A stretch of 64,000 bases of DNA from the NCBI GenBank assembly GCA_039191905.1, contig JBCCXJ010000003.1:139754-203753 (forward strand), written 5' to 3'. The stretch's first letter is position 1. Each line of letters opens with the position of its first letter. This document shows, piece by piece, positions 30,526 to 38,882 of the stretch. Made by a program: the position numbers and the translations under genes. Under the pieces are notes generated by a model, which saw only the letters and a list, made by a program, of their open reading frames with translations, was not told the origin of the DNA and made no database searches. The DNA is from Bacteroidota bacterium. Its GTDB lineage: Bacteria > Bacteroidota > Bacteroidia > Flavobacteriales > Flavobacteriaceae.

Positions 30526-30606
30526 TTACGGGCGACGACGGGGAGCGAAAGGACGTACGGGAACTAGAGCGCTCAAAGAAGTTACCATGTAGTTTTGTCC
30601 GTTCAT
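30526..30606 (-). CDS. Putative leader peptide of the arg/pro operon, MNGQNYMVTSLSALVPVRPFAPRRRP*
   Basis: 26-codon ORF read by hand. The last 11 codons hold 4 Arg and 4 Pro. It ends about 90 nt before argA. Confidence 0.75.
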   Translation of the reverse strand: MNGQNYMVTSLSALVPVRPFAPRRRP

Positions 30607-30640
30607 TACGGGTTAAATGTACAAATTAATTCCAACCACG

Positions 30641-32017
30641 CTAATTTGTAGGTGTTTTTTTGAAGAAATCTAACTTTTTTGTGGACTTACTGGTCAATTC
30701 ATAAATGAAAAGGGCAAAGACCGCAAAATATTCAATACCCAAAAGCCATAGGTTTTCAGTAAAATCTGGATTGGAGTACGCCCAATAGCTCAATATTACT
30801 ACCAATGTCCATAGGATAGGGAATTTGTAATTAGTGAACAGACCTAGAGTCAGTAGGAATATAATATACCAGGGATGTACAGTACTAGACAGCGTCAAAT
30901 AGGCAAAAAGTACCCAGAGCTTGGATTGGGTTAAAACTTTGAAGTTTTCATTCTTCTTAAAGAAAGTAAGGGCTAAGGCTATTACGATTACCGAAAGCGC
31001 CATAATCTTACCATAGGTCTTTATTAATTCCCATGGTTTTGCTTCAAAAAAGGTAACTCCGACGGATTTGACCATGTTGTAGATTCCGGCATTGAATTCA
31101 AAATTTGAAAACCAAAGCCCGACGGTTTCGGAATAATTATCAATAAAAATCGAAGTATAAAAAGGCGTAATAAAGACAACACAGGTGGCAATGACCAGGA
31201 TATAGAACCCAACACTTTTTTTAAACCCGAGGTATCTTAAAAATAGCGGTAAGAACAGAATAGGCACCAATTTCACCAGAATGGACAATGCATACACAGG
31301 AGCCGCGGCTATCCATTGTTTCTTTACCAACAAATACAAAGCCCAGACAAAGAAAAATAGCATAGTTCCTTCAAAATGTAAATTTCCAGTTAGTTCAATT
31401 ATCACCAAAGGGTTTAGAAAGTACCAGAATATCGCATTGGGGTCCATCTTTAGATACCTCAACATCTTTCTTCCAAAATAAAGAATGCCTATATCAGCGA
31501 GTATAATCTGGACCCTTAAGGCAATAATGCTACCTAGAATGCTTTTTCCGCCTAAGAAAGCGGCAATGGTGAAGGTTATTTGGTTTAAGGGTGGATAATT
31601 ACTAAAATGTTTGGCGCTCAATTCCCCCATGCCTTCAAACAAAGTAGTATAATTGGCGATGGGAATTTGGGACCATTCCAAAATCTGATTGGGTGTATAG
31701 AGATATGGATTGAGGCCACTTTTAATCAATTGTCCGTCCCATATAAAACGATAAAAATCCTGAGAAAGATTAGGTTCTGCAAAAAGGAAAATCAATCGCA
31801 AAATTACTCCGACTGCAAATAGGAATTTAAAATTCCACTGTTGAAGTTTGACCAATGTATAATACATGAAAAATAGGGCAGCATGCAACCCAAAAAGTTT
31901 TGGAAAATCTTCACGATTTAGCTCATAGGCAAAACTTAGATAAAACAACATGCTTATCAAGCAAAGCAACAAAGGTATTTTGTGCAACCTAAAATAAGTA
32001 AGCACCCGGTTTGGCAT
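30641..32017 (-). CDS. GT-C (GT87/DUF2029-like) polyprenol-phosphate-sugar-dependent glycosyltransferase
   Basis: Multi-TM; LSQDFYRFIWDG, NPY, NYPP, LNPL, GNLHFE, VHPWY. Confidence 0.85.
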   Translation of the reverse strand: MPNRVLTYFRLHKIPLLLCLISMLFYLSFAYELNREDFPKLFGLHAALFFMYYTLVKLQQWNFKFLFAVGVILRLIFLFAEPNLSQDFYRFIWDGQLIKSGLNPYLYTPNQILEWSQIPIANYTTLFEGMGELSAKHFSNYPPLNQITFTIAAFLGGKSILGSIIALRVQIILADIGILYFGRKMLRYLKMDPNAIFWYFLNPLVIIELTGNLHFEGTMLFFFVWALYLLVKKQWIAAAPVYALSILVKLVPILFLPLFLRYLGFKKSVGFYILVIATCVVFITPFYTSIFIDNYSETVGLWFSNFEFNAGIYNMVKSVGVTFFEAKPWELIKTYGKIMALSVIVIALALTFFKKNENFKVLTQSKLWVLFAYLTLSSTVHPWYIIFLLTLGLFTNYKFPILWTLVVILSYWAYSNPDFTENLWLLGIEYFAVFALFIYELTSKSTKKLDFFKKTPTN

Positions 32018-32140
32018 TTATGGAAGGCTTAAGGCTTACTAAAATAGACCTTTAGAATGATTTTAAAATGAAGCATTCAACTTATATAGTAATAGAAATG
32101 CTTGTTTTCATGGTATTTGCCACTATTCTTGGATTTATAC

Positions 32141-32166
32141 GTAACATTTAGCTGACGTAAGCGTCT
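32141..32166 (+). promoter_or_regulatory. Putative ECF-sigma promoter GTAAC-N17-GTCT
   Basis: Motif 25 nt upstream of the AraC ATG; same spacing as two other sites in the window. Confidence 0.5.
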
Positions 32167-32191
32167 ATTACCACAACACTTTAACTATTTC

Positions 32192-32995
32192 ATGGTTTAT
32201 AAACCTCAACTTTTAGAAGTACAAAGACATATTGATCACTACTGGATATTAAATATGTCCGATCTTTTGGCATTGGGTAGTACTCAAATGTACGCCTACC
32301 CAGGCATTACGCCTGACATGATCATTGTACTTGAGGGGCATTATTCTCTTTCCTACAGGGGTAAAAAGTTCAGTTCCCATCGAAGTCTCCTGTTTAGTTT
32401 TATCCATGAAAAAGTCCATATTGATTTTTCGGCTTTGAAACGTTGTATAGTGGTAAAGTTCAAATCAAGGGGACTTTCGTCAATAAAACCGTTTGTTCGC
32501 GCTAATACTGATACCATTATGAAGAACCCCGTGGCATTTACCGAGGATGCTTTCGGAGCAGAATTCAATGGGCTGAATGATTTTCTGAAAACCTGTGACC
32601 CCAAAAATCTGGTCTTTGCGTTGGACAATTGGTTCGCACAACGCTACAGAAAGCAAGATGAAGGATTTGTGGTCGAAATGTCACAAGAAGTGAGCAAAGA
32701 TTGTAATCTAGGTGCTATTATGGAGGCTACCGGATATTCCTATTCTACTTTAGAACGGTACTTTAAAAAAGAAACAGGATTGACTCCTAAAAGTTTTCAG
32801 ACCTTACAACGTTTCAAAAAAGTGCTGCGAGAGCTTTACACTTCAACAAATTTGGATTGGCAATACTATGTTTTAGAGCATGGGTACTATGACCAGAGTC
32901 ATTTTATCAAGGAAATGAAAAGGTTTACGGGCTACAGCCCTTCGGAATTGGTTCATATGCCTAGTTTTATAAAGCTTCGCCCTCATTACAACTGA
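32192..32995 (+). CDS. AraC-family regulator (DUF6597-type N-terminus)
   Basis: LERYFKKETGLTPK; GYYDQSHFIKEMKRFTGYSP. Confidence 0.9.
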   Translation: MVYKPQLLEVQRHIDHYWILNMSDLLALGSTQMYAYPGITPDMIIVLEGHYSLSYRGKKFSSHRSLLFSFIHEKVHIDFSALKRCIVVKFKSRGLSSIKPFVRANTDTIMKNPVAFTEDAFGAEFNGLNDFLKTCDPKNLVFALDNWFAQRYRKQDEGFVVEMSQEVSKDCNLGAIMEATGYSYSTLERYFKKETGLTPKSFQTLQRFKKVLRELYTSTNLDWQYYVLEHGYYDQSHFIKEMKRFTGYSPSELVHMPSFIKLRPHYN

Positions 32996-33051
32996 CGAAT
33001 TTTTACAATGTAACTTTACTTTAAATACGAATCTTTGCAAAAAAGATACGA

Positions 33052-34197
33052 ATGAAACAAAGTTTAAAAGGTTGGGCGTTAATAGCGATGATGATGTCTT
33101 CAGTAATGGCCACTGCCCAGGTCGAAAATCATAACATCGCTTTGCAAGGTATTTTGGATAAGGCCTGTAAGAAGAAAAAAAATACCATTGTTGGTGTTTC
33201 TTTAAGCGTAAGTTCGCCCGAACTCAAAATTGATTTTTCTGGTAGCAGTGGTTTTGACAGTACAGAAAAACGAAACCCAGTGCGCGTAGAACAACCTTTT
33301 AGAATTGCCAGCTTGACCAAGGTTTTTGTAGCGACCTCAATACTGCGACTCTACGAGAAAGGTTTACTCTCTTTGGAAGACCCTATTTCAAATCACATTT
33401 CAGAAGAACATGTAGCAATTTTGAAGAATGGAGGTTATAACCCAGAGCTCATTACCATTCGACACTGTCTTACCCATACCAGTGGTCTTTATGACTATGC
33501 GGAAGGTGGCCCTGAATATATTAAAGAGGCCTCAAAAGACCCTAATAAAAGATGGACCAGAACGGAACAAATCCAGTTTGCCATGGATAATGGGAAACCC
33601 CATGCAGCACCTGGTAAGGAACATCATTACAGTGATACTGGCTATGTGCTTTTAGGTGAAATCATTGAACAACTTAATAAATCCGGTCTTGCCGAAGGAT
33701 TGCGGGAACTTTTAAAATTTGATGATTTGGGCATGTCGGCAACTTACTTGGAGAGTCTGGAAAAGAGACCGGAGGGTTTGCTGCCCAACGTAAAAAGGTA
33801 CATGGGAGCAATGGATGCATCCGATTGGGATAATTCCATTGATTTATACGGTGGAGGTGGACTTGTTTCTAACACCAAGGATTTGAATGTCTTTCTTCAG
33901 GCCCTTTTCAATGGAAGGATTTTTGACCATCCAGATACGTTGGATATCATGTTACTTAAAAAGGGATTTGATAATCAAGGGGAAGAATTACCTGAGCAAC
34001 GATTGGGTTTTGGCAGTATTACAGGAAAGAAATCGGGTTTAGAAGTCTATATGCACTCTGGTTTTTGGGGTACTTTTTTTATGCATATTCCAGAATACAA
34101 TTGCAGTATTGCAATGAACTATACGTACGATGGCGATAGCACTGCTCTACAAGACACTATAGATTATGTACTGGAATTAGGAAAAAAGAAAAAATAG
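33052..34197 (+). CDS. Serine hydrolase, beta-lactamase/D-Ala-D-Ala peptidase family
   Basis: FRIASLTK (SxxK), LTHTSG, YSD, HSG; signal peptide. Confidence 0.9.
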   Translation: MKQSLKGWALIAMMMSSVMATAQVENHNIALQGILDKACKKKKNTIVGVSLSVSSPELKIDFSGSSGFDSTEKRNPVRVEQPFRIASLTKVFVATSILRLYEKGLLSLEDPISNHISEEHVAILKNGGYNPELITIRHCLTHTSGLYDYAEGGPEYIKEASKDPNKRWTRTEQIQFAMDNGKPHAAPGKEHHYSDTGYVLLGEIIEQLNKSGLAEGLRELLKFDDLGMSATYLESLEKRPEGLLPNVKRYMGAMDASDWDNSIDLYGGGGLVSNTKDLNVFLQALFNGRIFDHPDTLDIMLLKKGFDNQGEELPEQRLGFGSITGKKSGLEVYMHSGFWGTFFMHIPEYNCSIAMNYTYDGDSTALQDTIDYVLELGKKKK

Positions 34198-34448
34198 GGT
34201 TTTAACCTTTGGCCAAAGGTAGAAATGGCTTTATCGAGAAATCATATCTAGGGTGATGCCTTGATAAAATGTATGGAGAACCATCGTTTTTGTTTCAAAC
34301 TATGTTTGCGATGTTTTTCAGCACTTTGGTTCGTTTTGCCCCGAGTACTGTGTCCGAAAGCTGTACGGTCTGCCATACAGAAAAACTCGAACTGATGATT
34401 TTTACGGGATTTAGTTTTCAAGACTGTTCGTTTTTGATTAGATGAATT

Positions 34449-34907
34449 TTATGCTGTAGCCACTAAAATTTGAGCTTCTCCATTGGTAGGGTCAATTGCC
34501 TTCTCCCCATAGATTTCAATATCTGCAGTGTAGGTTCTTTCCAGATTTGTATTCCAGATTTCCATCCAGGTGTTAATGACAGCATCTTTGGTCAAATCTC
34601 CCTTAGCCGTAAATTGAGCGTAGTTGGATGCTGGGACCATCTTTACGGTCATATCTTCAGGGATATTGTCTAAACTGAATACATTACAGCCAATGACCAA
34701 GGTATAGGGTTGGGTATGATCTCCTTCGTAATCCGTGTATATGGCATAAATTGTATCATCCGTTTTGTTTGGAATACGATTTTTGACATTTTCACCCACA
34801 AATTTCCCCCATAATTGTGGAATATCCCTTTCGCCTTTTCCAGGAGCATTAGATGTTCTAACGGAAATTCCAACAATGGTAAGTTCTTCTTTTTTTGTGT
34901 TTGTCAT
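34449..34907 (-). CDS. GyrI-like (Cass2/YdeE-type) effector-binding protein
   Basis: VGISVRTSN, YAIYTDYEGD, WMEIW, RTYTADIE. Start at ATG 34907, downstream of a TAGTTTTG promoter. Confidence 0.88.
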   Translation of the reverse strand: MTNTKKEELTIVGISVRTSNAPGKGERDIPQLWGKFVGENVKNRIPNKTDDTIYAIYTDYEGDHTQPYTLVIGCNVFSLDNIPEDMTVKMVPASNYAQFTAKGDLTKDAVINTWMEIWNTNLERTYTADIEIYGEKAIDPTNGEAQILVATA

Positions 34908-34931
34908 GATGAATAGTTTTAAAGATGTATA

Positions 34932-34966
34932 CAAAACTAAACTTGGTTTATGACAAGGGTGTGTCA
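34932..34966 (-). promoter_or_regulatory. -7 promoter element TAGTTTTG plus TGACA-N6-TGTCA palindrome (putative WYL-regulator site)
   Basis: CAAAACTA at 34932-34939 and TGACAagggtgTGTCA at 34951-34966. Confidence 0.65.
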
Positions 34967-35064
34967 GGGGTGTTTTCTTATTGGTCAATTTATATCCAAT
35001 ATCCGTCAAATATGATAGGTATTTAAAATGAAAATTCCTCATTTTCATTATACTTTGACAAACG

Positions 35065-35391
35065 ATGTTCGTGAGGTTATTAAGAAAAACTAGGATTTTA
35101 ATAGCAGTTGAGGTTTTTCTATTTATTGCGATAGGAATACTAATGTTGTATGCTTTTTTTTCGCTAACAAGTGAAGAAAAAGAAATCGTTTTTGCCGATA
35201 AAGTTTATCATGTTACAACGATACTATTAATGACCACTTCTATTCCACATGTTGTCGTGTCTTTTTTAAAGTTTATGGAAAAAAATTGTATAAAGAATTT
35301 TAATTCTTTTGTATGTTCTGATAAAACTTTATCTAGTTGCGAACATGTGGTTTTTTTATGTAATCATGAGGGCCGGAGGTCCCCCTGCTGA
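35065..35391 (+). CDS. Small AT-rich membrane protein, hypothetical
   Basis: 108 aa, two hydrophobic segments. TAnnTTTG-like site (TATACTTTG) just upstream. Confidence 0.45.
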   Translation: MFVRLLRKTRILIAVEVFLFIAIGILMLYAFFSLTSEEKEIVFADKVYHVTTILLMTTSIPHVVVSFLKFMEKNCIKNFNSFVCSDKTLSSCEHVVFLCNHEGRRSPC

Positions 35392-35410
35392 TTGTGATTT
35401 TTAAGTGTAG

Positions 35411-36118
35411 TTATTTTTCATCTGCATCGTATCTATCATAAGATTTATAATATTCTTCCAAAGTCATATTATGAGATTCAAATACTTCAGAGGTATTCGT
35501 GATTTTTTGGATAAGGTCTATTCGAAATACCCGGAATGCTTTCCGTAATCGGCAGTAGGCAATCAACAACCACTTTTCTTGGGTACTGTATAGCGCAAAG
35601 GGTTCTATATCTCTATTGGTGGACTTGTTTTCCAGAGAGTGATAGTCAATATTTAAGACCTGGAAATTGGTCAATGCCGATTGAATTCGCATAAGGTAAC
35701 TACTGGTGGTTTGTCGCGAAAAATTATCGGTAAAATAGATTCGATCCTCTAATAAACTAGCTTTATCCTTTTGCGAACCTTTCAGCAGCGCCTTTATTTT
35801 TAAAATGGCTTCAGAATAGTATTGTACGAAGGAGGCATCTTTGTTTTTCAATACCAATTGTTCTGCAGTTATCAACGCGTTGGCTTCATTTTCCGTGAAC
35901 ATTACAGGAGGAAGTTGATAACCCTCCATCATGGAATACCCCTTCCCTTCTTCTGTAACAATGGGTACTCCGGACTTTTCCAGGGTTCGAATATCGCGAT
36001 ATATAGTCCGGATACTGACACCATGTTTATCAGCTAAGGTCTTCGCTGTTACAATCCTTGAAGACTGCAATTGGGTCAGTATAGCTGTAAGTCTAGAGAG
36101 TCTTGGTTTTTCTTCCAT
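35411..36118 (-). CDS. YafY-family HTH + WYL transcriptional regulator
   Basis: VSIRTIYRDI, GKGY, LPPVMFT, IEPFAL, WLLIAYCRLRKAFRVFRIDLI. Confidence 0.93.
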   Translation of the reverse strand: MEEKPRLSRLTAILTQLQSSRIVTAKTLADKHGVSIRTIYRDIRTLEKSGVPIVTEEGKGYSMMEGYQLPPVMFTENEANALITAEQLVLKNKDASFVQYYSEAILKIKALLKGSQKDKASLLEDRIYFTDNFSRQTTSSYLMRIQSALTNFQVLNIDYHSLENKSTNRDIEPFALYSTQEKWLLIAYCRLRKAFRVFRIDLIQKITNTSEVFESHNMTLEEYYKSYDRYDADEK

Positions 36119-36233
36119 ACCACATCAGAAATTAATATCTGATAGGATAAATGTAGCTATTTTGGTTTCATTAGCGGAAATGACAAGATGCTAAAACAGT
36201 CTTAGAGAAAAAAAGCTTTATAAAAACTGTGAA

Positions 36234-37718
36234 TTAAGCTTTCGCTGTCAAAGACTTAAAGAATACAAATCCAAAACCTAAGAATAACATCAAATGGAAT
36301 GGAAATAACCCAAAGTCATTCAAAGGAATTGCACTGTACATTCCAAATAGGAAATAAACCATCAAGGCAAACTCAATCACCATATTTGGCGACAGTTTTT
36401 TGGCTAGGTATTTATTCCCTTTCCAACTATCGGTAAGGCTGTTGATATTGAATTTTGGTGTTCTTACAAATTCACTGCGTTTACCCATATGACCTTCCAA
36501 TACAGCAATGGAGTTATGAAGGGAAAAGCCCAGGGCTACCGAGAAGAACGTAAAGAATAATTTGATATAGTCCACAAAATTATCAAAGCCGCTACCTTGA
36601 ATACTTTTGTAGGTGAACCAATAACAAATGAACAAAATTATGGTGCTTACTATAAAGAAACTGGTCACTTCGAAAATCCAACCTAAATGTCCGTAGGTGT
36701 TTTTGATATAAAGCATGGGTATGCTTAAAAGAGCCACTATAAACACACACAAAAACATAGAGCTATTCAATAAATGCATCACCCCATGAAATTTAGTACG
36801 GAACGGAATATTTTTGGCAGTGATAACGCTCCAAACCGTTTTTCTGAAGTTTTCTGCTCCACCTTTGTTCCAACGGAATTGTTGTGAACGTGCTGCGCTT
36901 ATCACTACGGGTAGTTCTGCAGGGGTTTCTACATCTTCCAAATACTTGAACTTCCAGTTCTTCAATTGGGCGCGGTAGCTCAAATCCAAATCCTCGGTCA
37001 AAGTATCACCTTCCCAATTTCCTGCATCCAGAATACAGTCCTTTCTCCAAATACCGGCTGTACCATTGAAGTTGATAAAATGCCCTTTTGAATTTCGGCC
37101 CACTTGCTCCAATGTAAAATGGGCATCCAAAGCAAAAGCCTGAATGCGGGTAAGCGTGGAATAGTCTCTGTTGATATGTCCCCAGCGGGTCTGAACCACA
37201 CCAATTTCATCGTCTTTGAAATAAGGTACTGTCTTCTTTAGCCAGTCAGTTTCCGGTAAAAAATCGGCATCAAATATAGCGATGAACTCTCCTTTGGCTA
37301 TTTCCAAACCTTCTTTAAGAGCACCAGCCTTAAAGCCCTGTCGATTCTCTCTTCGGATATGTTGGATATCCAAACCTGTTTTCTGTAACTCTTCGATACG
37401 ATTTGCGGTTTCTAGTACAGAATCGTCTGTGGAGTCATCCAATACCTGGATTTCAAGTTTACTTTTCGGGTATTCAACTTTGGCAATATTGTCCAAAAGT
37501 CGCTCCATTACATACTCTTCATTGTAGATGGGTAGTTGAATGGTAACGAAAGGGATTTCTTTGGGATCTAACAAATTAAACTTGGGAGCCTCTTCATTCT
37601 GCCTTTTCTGGCCAAGATAATTGATCAATAAATTTAACTGCGATAGGCTGTAGAAGAAAATCAATATCAGCGCGGTACTGTAAATGGCAATGATGATAAA
37701 AGCGATTGTTAGTCCCAT
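36234..37718 (-). CDS. Membrane GT2, cellulose-synthase-like (CslA/CslC type)
   Basis: TIQLPIYNE, QVLDDS, GFKAGAL, FDADF, FNGTAG, TEDLD, QQFRW (D,D,D,QxxRW), FVRTPK. Confidence 0.9.
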   Translation of the reverse strand: MGLTIAFIIIAIYSTALILIFFYSLSQLNLLINYLGQKRQNEEAPKFNLLDPKEIPFVTIQLPIYNEEYVMERLLDNIAKVEYPKSKLEIQVLDDSTDDSVLETANRIEELQKTGLDIQHIRRENRQGFKAGALKEGLEIAKGEFIAIFDADFLPETDWLKKTVPYFKDDEIGVVQTRWGHINRDYSTLTRIQAFALDAHFTLEQVGRNSKGHFINFNGTAGIWRKDCILDAGNWEGDTLTEDLDLSYRAQLKNWKFKYLEDVETPAELPVVISAARSQQFRWNKGGAENFRKTVWSVITAKNIPFRTKFHGVMHLLNSSMFLCVFIVALLSIPMLYIKNTYGHLGWIFEVTSFFIVSTIILFICYWFTYKSIQGSGFDNFVDYIKLFFTFFSVALGFSLHNSIAVLEGHMGKRSEFVRTPKFNINSLTDSWKGNKYLAKKLSPNMVIEFALMVYFLFGMYSAIPLNDFGLFPFHLMLFLGFGFVFFKSLTAKA

Positions 37719-38407
37719 TATTTTAAACTGTATTTAAAGATCCAACCCAAGATTTTTACGCCAGCAAATATAGTACCTTTTACGGTTCCTGAAACTTTTG
37801 AGACGCCAATTCGTTGTTTATAACGTACTGGTACTTCGATATATGACATTTTTTTGCGTAAAACTTTCAATTGCATCTCCACAGTCCAGCCATAGGTTTT
37901 GTCCTCCATTTCCAAGGCTTTGAGCTTTTCATATTTTATGGCACGAAAAGGTCCTAAATCGGTAAATTTTGCCCTAAAAAACAGCCGCATCAAAAAAGTG
38001 GCCAACTGATTTCCAAAAACCTGTTGTGGGGTCATGCTCCCGGGTTCACGAAGTGATTTTTTTCGCGCTCCAACCACAAAATCCATATCTTTTTCCAATA
38101 TGGGAGCTACTATGTTATCCAGTTCTTCAGGATAATCAGAATAATCTCCGTCAATAAATACGATGATATAGGGCTCTTTGGATTGTCCATCTACATATTC
38201 GATACCCTTAAGGCAGGCATAACCATATCCTTTCCTATTTTCAGTGAGAACGGTAGCGCCAGCTTTTTCAGCTTTTTCAGCTGTGTTATCTGTGGAGCCG
38301 TTGTTCACCACGATTATTTCAGAAACAGAATTTGGGATTTCTTCTACTACTTTGGCTATGGAATCTCCCTCGTTCACCGCAGGGATAATAACTTTGATAT
38401 CTGCCAT
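37718..38407 (-). CDS. GT2, polyprenol-phosphate glycosyltransferase (DPM1-like)
   Basis: IIPAVNE, NNGSTD, GYGYAC, DGDYSD, TDLGPFRAI, GWTVEMQ. Confidence 0.88.
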   Translation of the reverse strand: MADIKVIIPAVNEGDSIAKVVEEIPNSVSEIIVVNNGSTDNTAEKAEKAGATVLTENRKGYGYACLKGIEYVDGQSKEPYIIVFIDGDYSDYPEELDNIVAPILEKDMDFVVGARKKSLREPGSMTPQQVFGNQLATFLMRLFFRAKFTDLGPFRAIKYEKLKALEMEDKTYGWTVEMQLKVLRKKMSYIEVPVRYKQRIGVSKVSGTVKGTIFAGVKILGWIFKYSLK

Positions 38408-38881
38408 TTATTTTAAATCGGAAAGTTTATTTTCTTTCTTGAAGCTACGGAAATCATACCACTCTTTTACTTTTTTTCCGTTGCTATATTTTTGTGCAGA
38501 TTTCAATTTTTCGTCTTTGTATTTGAGGCAGTAGCCGTTTTTTACCCCCTTGTGAAGCTGACATTTGTGATTGATTTTACCTTTTTGATCATAAAAGAGC
38601 CACCATTTCGTCATATTTCCTTTGACGTAGTGCCCTTCCATATCCAATTTGCCGTCAACATTGTAAAAGTACCAATATCCTACTTTTTGGTTATTCTTAA
38701 AATGGCCTTGCTCCATGATTTTACCATTGGGGAAATAAAACTTCCAAAAATCTTCTTTGGAATCTCCTTTTTTCCAACCTTGGGCCTTAATCACACCATT
38801 TTCATGGTACTCGCGATGGTACTCTTTTTTTAGGGAAGCAGGAGAGGTTAAGAAAATGAAAACCAGTAAAAAGCGCAGCAT
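38408..38881 (-). CDS. MORN-variant/YwqK-like repeat protein
   Basis: Repeated WxFYxxxG..EGHY/F units; signal peptide. Confidence 0.75.
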   Translation of the reverse strand: MLRFLLVFIFLTSPASLKKEYHREYHENGVIKAQGWKKGDSKEDFWKFYFPNGKIMEQGHFKNNQKVGYWYFYNVDGKLDMEGHYVKGNMTKWWLFYDQKGKINHKCQLHKGVKNGYCLKYKDEKLKSAQKYSNGKKVKEWYDFRSFKKENKLSDLK

Positions 38882-38882
38882 G

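Noticed and set aside
30577-30606. Leader peptide shares MN, V8-T9-S10 and terminal RP* with E. coli TnaC
   Set aside because: The TnaC functional residues W12 and D16 are absent and the match is too short to claim homology.
34269-34445. 58-aa plus-strand ORF containing CTVCH (heme c motif)
   Set aside because: No signal peptide, no clear promoter or leader, and no cytochrome context; likely chance.
38408-38881. YwqK-like protein as the antitoxin of a TA system
   Set aside because: It is a secreted MORN-repeat protein inside a glycosyltransferase operon with no adjacent toxin.
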